From a virus (taxonomy: Duplodnaviria > Caudoviricetes): a DNA stretch of 31,040 nt. Shown here piece after piece: positions 18,758 to 26,194 of the stretch. A program made the position numbers and the translations under genes. The notes below the pieces were generated by a model that was not told the DNA's origin, did no database searches, and worked only from the letters and a program-made list of their open reading frames with translations. The stretch is taken from IMG/VR virus record IMGVR_UViG_3300030397_000106, positions 1 to 31,040 of that record; one strand, 5' to 3'. Every line of letters starts with the position of its first letter. Positions within the stretch are counted from its first letter, which is position 1.

Positions 18758-20973
18758 TGACCATTTCAGTAAATGATCGTGTTGTTACTGCCGTAGGCGA
18801 TGGCATACAAACCGTTTATACCTACGATTTCGATTTGGAGAGTACAACAGAAGTTGAGGTTTATCTCTCCAATGTTGTAATCTCGTCAGGGCTGTACAGC
18901 GTAAGTCTTGACCCGAAAACCATAACCTTTACTACCGCGCCTGCCGATAGTGTGGCTATAGCTATTGTAGGTAAAACCAGTGTGCAACAATTGTATGAAG
19001 GCAATGATATTAACTCCGTGTCGACTGCGGCGATTGAAGAGCAGTTCGACAAGAATGTTAAGATTGCTCAAGAAATTGATCGCGAGTTGAGCCGAACGGT
19101 TAAAGCGGAGTTTGGTAGTGCTGGACCTACAATTGAAACCATAGCTGAAGGCCGGTTCTATAAGACTGATTCGAATGGGAATCTAGTTGATGGCGGTAGT
19201 GCAGATGATATTATTAATGCGGAAGGTTACGCAACAGCAGCTGAAGCAGCAAAGGTTGCAGCTGAAGCCGCAGCGTCTGCGTTAGAGCCTACTTTGAAAG
19301 GCTATGGTGCGGTCGGTGATGGCGTGACTAATGATGCTGCAGCCTTCACGGCGGCGGATGCGGCCCAAACGGCCGGAACAGTTGGTCCCGTTTATATTCC
19401 AGCAGGTAATTATGTCTGTACTGGCGTTGAACCTACAGGTCTATATTACGGTCCTGGCAAGGTTCAATTTGGAGACGGTAACAGTTTTACAGACTCAACA
19501 TTTTGGGATATTGCATCGACGCCAAACTATATATTTGCGAACCTTCATGCGAACGATAAACGCGGATTGGGATTTGTTGCAGGGCCAGGTGCAGGAAAGG
19601 CGGTCGATCTTGATGAAAACTCAAGCCGCTTCTTCACTCTGATAGGTGACAGGGCAGGCGCGGGGGCATTGACGCCATTGCGTAGTACCGTTGTCGGTTC
19701 GGGTGCCGCAAGAGATGCCACTGATTTGCAATATCTCGATGCGTTCGGCGCGTCTGCTATGCAGCATTTGACTTTCGGCAATCGCAATATTGCTATCGGG
19801 TCCAATGCAATGAAGTGGGGTGGCAATGCTACTCCAGTTGCAGATGAACATGATTTTTGGGATGATGATAAACTTAGTGTTTGGACCGCGAAAAAGTTTG
19901 AAGATCGCTATGCAAATATCCGATTTGATCTTCTGGACGGTGTTACGGCTTCAACCTATACTGATGATCTAAATCCAACGAGTGCTTCAATTTTGACAGT
20001 TGGTGACGTTAAATCAACGCGCGTCCCAACGGCTGAAACTGATTTTGAAAACAATATCGCTATCGGGCGGGATGCGTTAATCCACGCGCCGCTTGGTGGA
20101 GACATCACGACAGTTGGCTATAAGTCAATGGCGTCGCACTTGTTTGGCAGCCGTGCCGCTGTAGTGGGTCGGAGCGCACTCGAATATTCGATGAATAATA
20201 TCGACATGGTGGCAGTGGGCTACAATGCCGGTGAGTGGACGTTGGCAAATGAAACTTCCGTCTTGCTTGGTTCTAAGGTTGTGCCGATTGCAATCTCAAC
20301 TTCGAACAGTGTTGTTATCGGAGCGGACGCGCTCGACCAAGCGTATGACTATACTGACGCGGCACACAAAATGACATCGATTACCGATTATAAGTTGAAG
20401 GGCGTGACAGCTATCGGCTTCAATGTCGGGCCGGACATCGATACGATTGAGGCGTCAATCCTTATCGGTAAAAAAGCTGGTATTGCTTCGACTGATCTTG
20501 ATGAGATTTTCATTCTGCAAGATGGCGGCGTCAATGCTACGCCTATGCTAGTTGGCGATTTGAGTAATAACCGTGTTGGTGTCAATGTGTTCCACGATTT
20601 GAGTGACGGCACAACGCAAGCAACTGGTGCCTTGCTCGGTCAATTCCATGTTCGGGAAGGCAGTACAGGTGCAGGGGTAACGCCCAACACTGGCGCCGAT
20701 ACCCTCTTGCTTGAACGTAACGGCAATGCGGGTATGAGCGTTATGATCCCGAACTCCGGCACTGCGTCATGGTGGGCGGCTACACCGGCTTCAAACAATG
20801 AAGGTGGCTGGCAGTATGATGCACCAAACCAAGAGCTTATAATCAAGTCGGGTGATACTGTGATAATCACAGTTCACGGCAATGGTGAGGTAGAGTTTAA
20901 TAACCTTCCAACCTCTGCCCCTACCGGAGCAAACAAGATTTGGAAGAACGGCACTTCAGTCGATATAACATAA
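18757..20973 (+). CDS. Tail fibre / tailspike
   Basis: T7 gp17-like N-terminal attachment (GDGIQTVYTYDF), KGYGAVGDGVTNDAAAF beta-helix start, repeated (N/T/V)xA(I/V)G motifs. Confidence 0.85.
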   Translation: MTISVNDRVVTAVGDGIQTVYTYDFDLESTTEVEVYLSNVVISSGLYSVSLDPKTITFTTAPADSVAIAIVGKTSVQQLYEGNDINSVSTAAIEEQFDKNVKIAQEIDRELSRTVKAEFGSAGPTIETIAEGRFYKTDSNGNLVDGGSADDIINAEGYATAAEAAKVAAEAAASALEPTLKGYGAVGDGVTNDAAAFTAADAAQTAGTVGPVYIPAGNYVCTGVEPTGLYYGPGKVQFGDGNSFTDSTFWDIASTPNYIFANLHANDKRGLGFVAGPGAGKAVDLDENSSRFFTLIGDRAGAGALTPLRSTVVGSGAARDATDLQYLDAFGASAMQHLTFGNRNIAIGSNAMKWGGNATPVADEHDFWDDDKLSVWTAKKFEDRYANIRFDLLDGVTASTYTDDLNPTSASILTVGDVKSTRVPTAETDFENNIAIGRDALIHAPLGGDITTVGYKSMASHLFGSRAAVVGRSALEYSMNNIDMVAVGYNAGEWTLANETSVLLGSKVVPIAISTSNSVVIGADALDQAYDYTDAAHKMTSITDYKLKGVTAIGFNVGPDIDTIEASILIGKKAGIASTDLDEIFILQDGGVNATPMLVGDLSNNRVGVNVFHDLSDGTTQATGALLGQFHVREGSTGAGVTPNTGADTLLLERNGNAGMSVMIPNSGTASWWAATPASNNEGGWQYDAPNQELIIKSGDTVIITVHGNGEVEFNNLPTSAPTGANKIWKNGTSVDIT

Positions 20974-20985
20974 AGGAGACTAAAA

Positions 20986-21144
20986 ATGGACTCAGCCATC
21001 ATCGCCTTACTGGCAGAAAAACAAATGGAAGTTATGCAACTTCGTCAGACAGTTGAGAAGTACAAAATTGAATGCGCGAAACTGCAAGAACAGGTCGAAA
21101 GTTTTAAAAATAAAACTGATGACGTGAAGAAGGAGGAAGAGTAA
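20986..21144 (+). CDS. Small coiled-coil protein (52 aa), absent from the ORF track; possible fibre chaperone
   Basis: SD AAAGGAG, ATG 20986, MDSAIIALLAEKQMEVMQLRQTVEKYKIECAKLQEQVESFKNKTDDVKKEEE*; fills the gap between spike and endolysin. Confidence 0.75.
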   Translation: MDSAIIALLAEKQMEVMQLRQTVEKYKIECAKLQEQVESFKNKTDDVKKEEE

Positions 21145-21145
21145 A

Positions 21146-21910
21146 ATGAGTATTGATTTTGTTGGTGCAGCGAAACGCATTGAGGATTTGGATTTACCGC
21201 GACTCGGACACCGTCTTGGAGTAGGTGAAGACCGTATTCATATGATACTCGATGTTGAAACGCGAGGACGAGGACATGATTCACTCGGCCGATCAGTTAT
21301 CCTCTTCGAACGACATATCTTTTATCGGGAGTTAAAAAAGCTTGGCGATAAGAAAAAACTAGATCGTGCGGTGAAAGCGGGTTTGGCTAACACTCGCGCC
21401 GGTGGATACGGCAAGGAGTCAGAGCAGTATGATAAACTGCTTAAGGCTATTAAGATTGATGAGACGGCAGCTCTTAAATCCGCTTCGTGGGGGCTAGGTC
21501 AGATTATGGGCTTTAACCATAAACTTGCTGGATACGCTTCTGTACAATCTATGGTTCGGGCGTTTAAGGAAGATGAGGATTTGCAGCTGGAAGGTGTTGT
21601 GCAGTTTATCCTAAACAACAAGCTCGATGATGAATTGCGCGCTTGTCAGCCGTTTGATCCAGATAGTTGTCGAGGCTTTGCCAATGGCTATAACGGTAAA
21701 GCTTATGCACGAAACAATTACCACGTGAAGTTGGCGAACGCTCTCGGTAAATGGTCACGTATTAAAGATACGCCGTGGAGTCCTGAAATGGACAAGCCTG
21801 CTAAGAAGCCTAAGCCTCCGGTTGTAGTGCCAGTTGTCGCCTTAGGTGTCGGCGCAGCGATTGCAGAGTTTTGGGAAAAGATTGAAGCATTTTTTAAAGG
21901 ATTATTCTAA
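21146..21910 (+). CDS. Endolysin, N-acetylmuramidase (DUF3380-like) with C-terminal hydrophobic/amphipathic tail
   Basis: VET.G, ILFERHIFY, ALKSASWGLGQIMGFN and FA.GYNG..Y..N.Y motifs; SD AGGAGG. Confidence 0.9.
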   Translation: MSIDFVGAAKRIEDLDLPRLGHRLGVGEDRIHMILDVETRGRGHDSLGRSVILFERHIFYRELKKLGDKKKLDRAVKAGLANTRAGGYGKESEQYDKLLKAIKIDETAALKSASWGLGQIMGFNHKLAGYASVQSMVRAFKEDEDLQLEGVVQFILNNKLDDELRACQPFDPDSCRGFANGYNGKAYARNNYHVKLANALGKWSRIKDTPWSPEMDKPAKKPKPPVVVPVVALGVGAAIAEFWEKIEAFFKGLF

Positions 21911-22128
21911 TGGTTAAATTGCTTACAGAACAAAGTTATGGAAAGAAACCTTGGTATCGTTCGCGGACATACTGGTTTAATTTGCTAAGTACTGCTATGG
22001 TGGTTTTATCTATGCCGGAAGTCGGTGCGGTACTGCCCGAAGAACTGCTCAAATGGGTGCTGCTTGCTACGGCGTTGGGCAATATGTACTTGCGGGATAA
22101 AACAGGTGAAGGAACTACTTGGACCTAA
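21910..22128 (+). CDS. Putative holin (2 TM)
   Basis: 72 aa; KKPWYRSRTYWFN followed by two hydrophobic segments; between endolysin and spanins. Confidence 0.65.
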   Translation: MVKLLTEQSYGKKPWYRSRTYWFNLLSTAMVVLSMPEVGAVLPEELLKWVLLATALGNMYLRDKTGEGTTWT

Positions 22129-22138
22129 GGAGTAGATT

Positions 22139-22342
22139 ATGTGGAAATATGCAATCATAGCTGTGGCCATTATCGGAGGTTTGTTTATCTTCGGGCAGGA
22201 AATGTATAAGGCGGGAAAGGCTGACATCATTGCCGATCTTGCCGAAGCTAAAGTAAAGGTGATTAAGGATGGAAAAGAGATCGATCTTACAGCGGAAAGC
22301 TTTAACGACAATGAGTTGTGCGATGCTATTGGCGGCTGTTAG
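22139..22342 (+). CDS. Putative i-spanin (Rz-like)
   Basis: N-terminal TM (YAIIAVAIIGGLFIFG), helical periplasmic part, C-terminal Cys residues; overlapped by a lipoprotein gene. Confidence 0.7.
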   Translation: MWKYAIIAVAIIGGLFIFGQEMYKAGKADIIADLAEAKVKVIKDGKEIDLTAESFNDNELCDAIGGC

Positions 22343-22520
22343 TGGTTGTACGACAGTGGGTATTGAACCTTGTGATGTGCTTGTGGATATTCCTCAGGCC
22401 TCTGCAGAGGTCAATCAAATCCTTGTGACGAAGGCGCGCCCAACGGCCGTAGGTATCGCTAAAAATCAAGGGCGCGTTAAGAAATATAATTGCGGAGGGC
22501 TAAATGCCAAACACGATTAA
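22269..22520 (+). CDS. Putative o-spanin lipoprotein (Rz1-like)
   Basis: Basic N-region, hydrophobic core and lipobox VSG|C; starts within the 3' end of the i-spanin in another frame. Confidence 0.7.
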   Translation: MEKRSILQRKALTTMSCAMLLAAVSGCTTVGIEPCDVLVDIPQASAEVNQILVTKARPTAVGIAKNQGRVKKYNCGGLNAKHD

Positions 22521-22752
22521 TCAAATTCTTACAGGCGCCTATGTAAAGTATCTTGATGGACCTACAGGATTTACGTTAACTCCACGTAATGGGTCCTGCG
22601 AATTTTATGTAGGCGACTCAGTTACAGATAATCTATTAGGACATATGTTGCGCCCTAATGATATGGTGACATGGCGAATGGTGACCGGTCAATCTCTTTA
22701 TATTCGCGGCAACTCTACTGTTACAATTGTGCTGACAGAGGAGGACCTGTAA
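22504..22752 (+). CDS. Small beta-rich hypothetical protein (possible fibre base or decoration protein)
   Basis: 82 aa, SD GGAGG, TAATG coupling to the next gene. Confidence 0.65.
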   Translation: MPNTINQILTGAYVKYLDGPTGFTLTPRNGSCEFYVGDSVTDNLLGHMLRPNDMVTWRMVTGQSLYIRGNSTVTIVLTEEDL

Positions 22753-23000
22753 TGAAAGTTTATCACAATATTCCGGCAACAATAGGAGGGGGTGGAAGCG
22801 GTAACGTGCCAGCTGGCGGCAGTACTGGTCATGCACTGACTAAAAACAGTGGAACAGATTATGATTCAGGTTGGGAAAATTTGAGTGATACATATTTAGC
22901 GCAAACTCAACGGTTGGCAGAATTTAATACGCCAACAGCTAAAACTCAAGCAAGAACAAACTTGGGTGTTGAGACAATTGACCTTGGAACTTTTAATTAA
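22752..23000 (+). CDS. Short fibre-like protein (82 aa)
   Basis: Start reassigned to ATG 22752 (TAATG overlap, SD GAGGAGG); fibre motifs VPAGGSTGHALTKNSGTDYDSGW and AKTQARTNLGV; ends IDLGTFN. Confidence 0.7.
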   Translation: MKVYHNIPATIGGGGSGNVPAGGSTGHALTKNSGTDYDSGWENLSDTYLAQTQRLAEFNTPTAKTQARTNLGVETIDLGTFN

Positions 23001-23011
23001 GGAAATATATT

Positions 23012-23464
23012 ATGCCTACATTACAAAATAAACGCGGACTTCTAGCTAATCAGCCTACAACAGGTATGCTTGCAGGTGAACTCTTTTTGCATACGGATCG
23101 CGGTACAGCGCGCTTTGCGACAGATGCTACTACTAGTGTTCCAATTGTACCTGAAATTGATGCACTAGTTGCGATGGGTACAATTTCAGGTGCAGCTGAT
23201 TTTTTGATTATGCACGATGCCAGCGCAACTGGCGTTAAGGAAAAGAAGGTAACTTTTGATGCATTTAAAACTGCACTTAATATCCCTGCCGGCTCTACAG
23301 ACGAACTTGTTGCTGTTGTTAGCGGCGGTACTGCTGGGTATATCTGGGGCACAGATGGCACAGATGGAATTGTTCGCATGAACTCGTCTATGACTTGGAC
23401 CAAAGATGGCGGTGACGCTTTTGTAACTCTTGCTGTCGGTACAGTTGATTGCGGAACATTCTAA
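23012..23464 (+). CDS. Fibre segment protein with Mtd_N-like N-terminus
   Basis: LQNKRG...LAGELFLHTDRG resembles the major-tropism-determinant N-terminal module; ends VDCGTF. Confidence 0.65.
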   Translation: MPTLQNKRGLLANQPTTGMLAGELFLHTDRGTARFATDATTSVPIVPEIDALVAMGTISGAADFLIMHDASATGVKEKKVTFDAFKTALNIPAGSTDELVAVVSGGTAGYIWGTDGTDGIVRMNSSMTWTKDGGDAFVTLAVGTVDCGTF

Positions 23465-23465
23465 T

Positions 23466-24281
23466 ATGCCTGATATTCAACATAAACGTGGAACTCGTGC
23501 CGCCTTAGACTCTTTAGCAGGTTCTAGTGGGTTACTAGTTGGTCAAGTATATAAATTGACTGATGAAGGGCGGATAGCTGTAGCATTAACTACAAGTACC
23601 TATGAAACATATGCTTCTGAAAATGAGGATATGTATGTAACTAAAGATGATCCTATCATCGTTCTCGGAGGCGACGGTAACAGCGGTAACAGGGAGGTCC
23701 AGTTTCGAGAAAATGATACTGGAAGCCCGATAGTTTGGCGAGTACGTAGTACCTCTGCAAACAATTTACTTATAGTAAATAAAGCGGGTGATACAGTCTT
23801 TAGGGTAGATAAAGCTACAGATCAAGTCACTACACCACAAACCTCTAAAAAAGGTGCGTTAACGGAAATAACAAATACACCTGGTACAAACGGAGAAGAG
23901 GTTGTTGTAACATGGACTAACTCTGATATGGACGCAGGGCTAGCTTATGCTTCAGGAGAGATCACAATTAACGAAAAAGCTGCCCAACACGACGCAATGT
24001 TTTTTATACAAATCGCAGCTACGTTAGCTAATAGATTAGGGCTTAAGATGACACTCGAGAAATTTCCGAATGCGGGCAGCGCTTGGGAAACGGTTGCAGT
24101 TGGTACGAATTATGCAACGAGAGACTCTAACCAAAATGAGGGTAATGTCGTTATCTCTGGTAAGTTTGTTGCTTTAACGCAAGGTGATAAATTTCGTGTG
24201 CAAATCGAATGGACTTGGGATAGTACTACAGCACCGTCCATTGAGCAAGATGGTTGTTATCTTACACTGTTGTTGGTATAA
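23466..24281 (+). CDS. Putative receptor-binding fibre tip with Mtd_N-like N-terminus and C1q/TNF-like C-terminal domain
   Basis: Start reassigned to ATG 23466; IQHKRGT...LLVGQVYKLTDEGR; C-terminal beta-sandwich pattern (VALTQGDKFRVQI). Confidence 0.65.
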   Translation: MPDIQHKRGTRAALDSLAGSSGLLVGQVYKLTDEGRIAVALTTSTYETYASENEDMYVTKDDPIIVLGGDGNSGNREVQFRENDTGSPIVWRVRSTSANNLLIVNKAGDTVFRVDKATDQVTTPQTSKKGALTEITNTPGTNGEEVVVTWTNSDMDAGLAYASGEITINEKAAQHDAMFFIQIAATLANRLGLKMTLEKFPNAGSAWETVAVGTNYATRDSNQNEGNVVISGKFVALTQGDKFRVQIEWTWDSTTAPSIEQDGCYLTLLLV

Positions 24282-24293
24282 GGAGTTATTTTT

Positions 24294-24734
24294 ATGCTAT
24301 GGTTTTCTGATAAACGGCCTGATGTTGTATCAATTCGTTACCTTGAATTAGGGATCGCACTGTATACAGGTATATCAGGAATATTTTTTATATTCTTACC
24401 TGTTGTTTTTGCGAGTCCGGTATATGATCCTTGGCGCGAATTTGGTATATTAAACTGGGGCTTGTGTATGGTCAGTGTTTCTTCACTCCATATCGCAGCA
24501 TTGATTTGGAACGGAAGAAGTCAATTGCATTCACGATTACTAAGAACATTAGCATGTATAGGGCATTGTACTATCATGCTGGCTTTCGGTCTGTTCTTCT
24601 TTTCTGCGGGCGCACTGTGGGGGTGTGTGTTGTTTCTCTTTTTATTGCCGTACATATTGCTGCCTGTAATTCACAGGTTAAACGGGGAGATTAAAGGTAT
24701 ACGACTAGGGGTAGGTGAACATGGACCTGAATAA
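24294..24734 (+). CDS. Multi-pass (about 4 TM) membrane protein
   Basis: 146 aa with four hydrophobic segments; SD AAGGAG. Confidence 0.7.
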   Translation: MLWFSDKRPDVVSIRYLELGIALYTGISGIFFIFLPVVFASPVYDPWREFGILNWGLCMVSVSSLHIAALIWNGRSQLHSRLLRTLACIGHCTIMLAFGLFFFSAGALWGCVLFLFLLPYILLPVIHRLNGEIKGIRLGVGEHGPE

Positions 24735-25011
24735 TGTAAGTGCGATTTTTGTGGAGGCATTTCAAGTTGGGGGCTGGCCTCTAGTTTCGCTTATGCTTGC
24801 GGTATTAATTCCGTCAATAATGTATAGGTTTCAGGCGCCGCGAGGCATTAAGAAAACTGAAGCTGGTGTGACGATTAAAGACCTTGAAAAACGTTTTCTT
24901 AAAATGGAAACAACAATGGAGAATATTGAAGCGACTAATATCGAATGTGTACATATCGCCTCTACAATTGCCCGTCGAGTTGAAGATATCTGGCTGCAGA
25001 TAAATAAATGA
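24721..25011 (+). CDS. Membrane protein with N-terminal TM and C-terminal coiled-coil (holin-like)
   Basis: GGWPLVSLMLAVLIPSIMY TM followed by a heptad-rich tail; start 24721 or 24715. Confidence 0.6.
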   Translation: MDLNNVSAIFVEAFQVGGWPLVSLMLAVLIPSIMYRFQAPRGIKKTEAGVTIKDLEKRFLKMETTMENIEATNIECVHIASTIARRVEDIWLQINK

Positions 25012-26187
25012 TTAAGTGTTGGGCTCGCCTTTGGCCCAATACCCTCCCTGCTTTTTCTCCAACAGTTTTGCATTTTCCATAAGCTTTAAGATGTATGTTA
25101 TCTTATCGGCTGCGGCGCGTTGTGACATAAAGGCAAGGACGGATGCAGCTGGAAGATGCTTGTTATGTTTGCGGTTGTATGTATATACGTGGTACCATGT
25201 GTCTTTCATGATTGCTTGGTCGCCGCCGCCACGCATGGCCGCAAATATTTCCGGAACCGTTGCTTCCGTTTCCGTAAGCCATTCAAGCGCCTGACGCACG
25301 TTCTCCCCCGTAATTACCAAATCATCCTTTTCGATCACGGACGCCACCACGGACAATTTAAGCAAATGTGCGGGGCGTCTGGTGTTATAATGTTGCATCT
25401 TCGGATGAAGCGGCGCGGTTGCATCGCCTTTGCTCATATAGAACTGGTCAAGGATTTCAGCTGCTTCCGGCGTGAATGTGCACTCGCCCTGCAGTGTGGC
25501 GATTTGCTTAAGGTCAGATATGATCTTGCCGTATAATTCCTGATCGCTTTCGCGGATATTGAATAGAGAAGCTCGAGGGCTTTCACCAGCATAGCAAAGG
25601 ATCACGCGAGACATGAAGCCTTGTTCCCAAGCTACATCTGGAAGCACTTCACCTAGATAGCCAGGCGTTCCGCCTACCATGAGATTGATAGTTGGTTTCT
25701 TGATTTCCACATTATGCTTGGCGTTACGGCGCTTCTCTGAATAAGGTTGGTTGTCGTAAATGTCTGTAAGCTTGTTCATAAACTCCATGTCGTAGGAAGG
25801 CAATACCACACCCATCTCGTTCGAGCATACGTAAAGGGCATTGTATGATTGCGGGGTTCCGCCCTTGCTCACAGTACGAACTGCATCATTCAATTCCTCG
25901 ATCAAGGTTGCACGAGTTATGGATGATGAGGCAAGATGGACTCGGCCTACAGATTGGACAACGCGGGAAGATAGCGCAGTCAGGACGGACTTACCAACAC
26001 CTGGAGGCGCAACTAGAAAGATGTATAAGTTTGGATAGAGTACTCCGATGGCTGTGTTAAGAAACACTTTGCGTTCTAGTACTGCAGATATGATTGATAT
26101 ACCTGCCCACGTTCTGAATATCTCCGGCGAGGACATTCCACCTGTGTAGTCGTAAAGTCCATCAAGCCAGTTAGGTAGCTTACGCAT
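25012..26187 (-). CDS. DUF3987-like P-loop ATPase, putative replicative helicase
   Basis: YPNLYIFLVAPPGVGKS Walker A, YVCSNEM Walker B-like, LTDIYD, GFMSR arginine-finger-like and LLKLS motifs; adjacent to polA. Confidence 0.75.
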   Translation of the reverse strand: MRKLPNWLDGLYDYTGGMSSPEIFRTWAGISIISAVLERKVFLNTAIGVLYPNLYIFLVAPPGVGKSVLTALSSRVVQSVGRVHLASSSITRATLIEELNDAVRTVSKGGTPQSYNALYVCSNEMGVVLPSYDMEFMNKLTDIYDNQPYSEKRRNAKHNVEIKKPTINLMVGGTPGYLGEVLPDVAWEQGFMSRVILCYAGESPRASLFNIRESDQELYGKIISDLKQIATLQGECTFTPEAAEILDQFYMSKGDATAPLHPKMQHYNTRRPAHLLKLSVVASVIEKDDLVITGENVRQALEWLTETEATVPEIFAAMRGGGDQAIMKDTWYHVYTYNRKHNKHLPAASVLAFMSQRAAADKITYILKLMENAKLLEKKQGGYWAKGEPNT

Positions 26188-26194
26188 ATTGGTC

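Noticed and set aside
23012-24281. Diversity-generating retroelement, suggested by Mtd_N-like domains and BPP-1-like architecture
   Set aside because: No reverse transcriptase, avd or TR/VR repeat pair seen in the window; the tip looks C1q-like rather than C-type lectin
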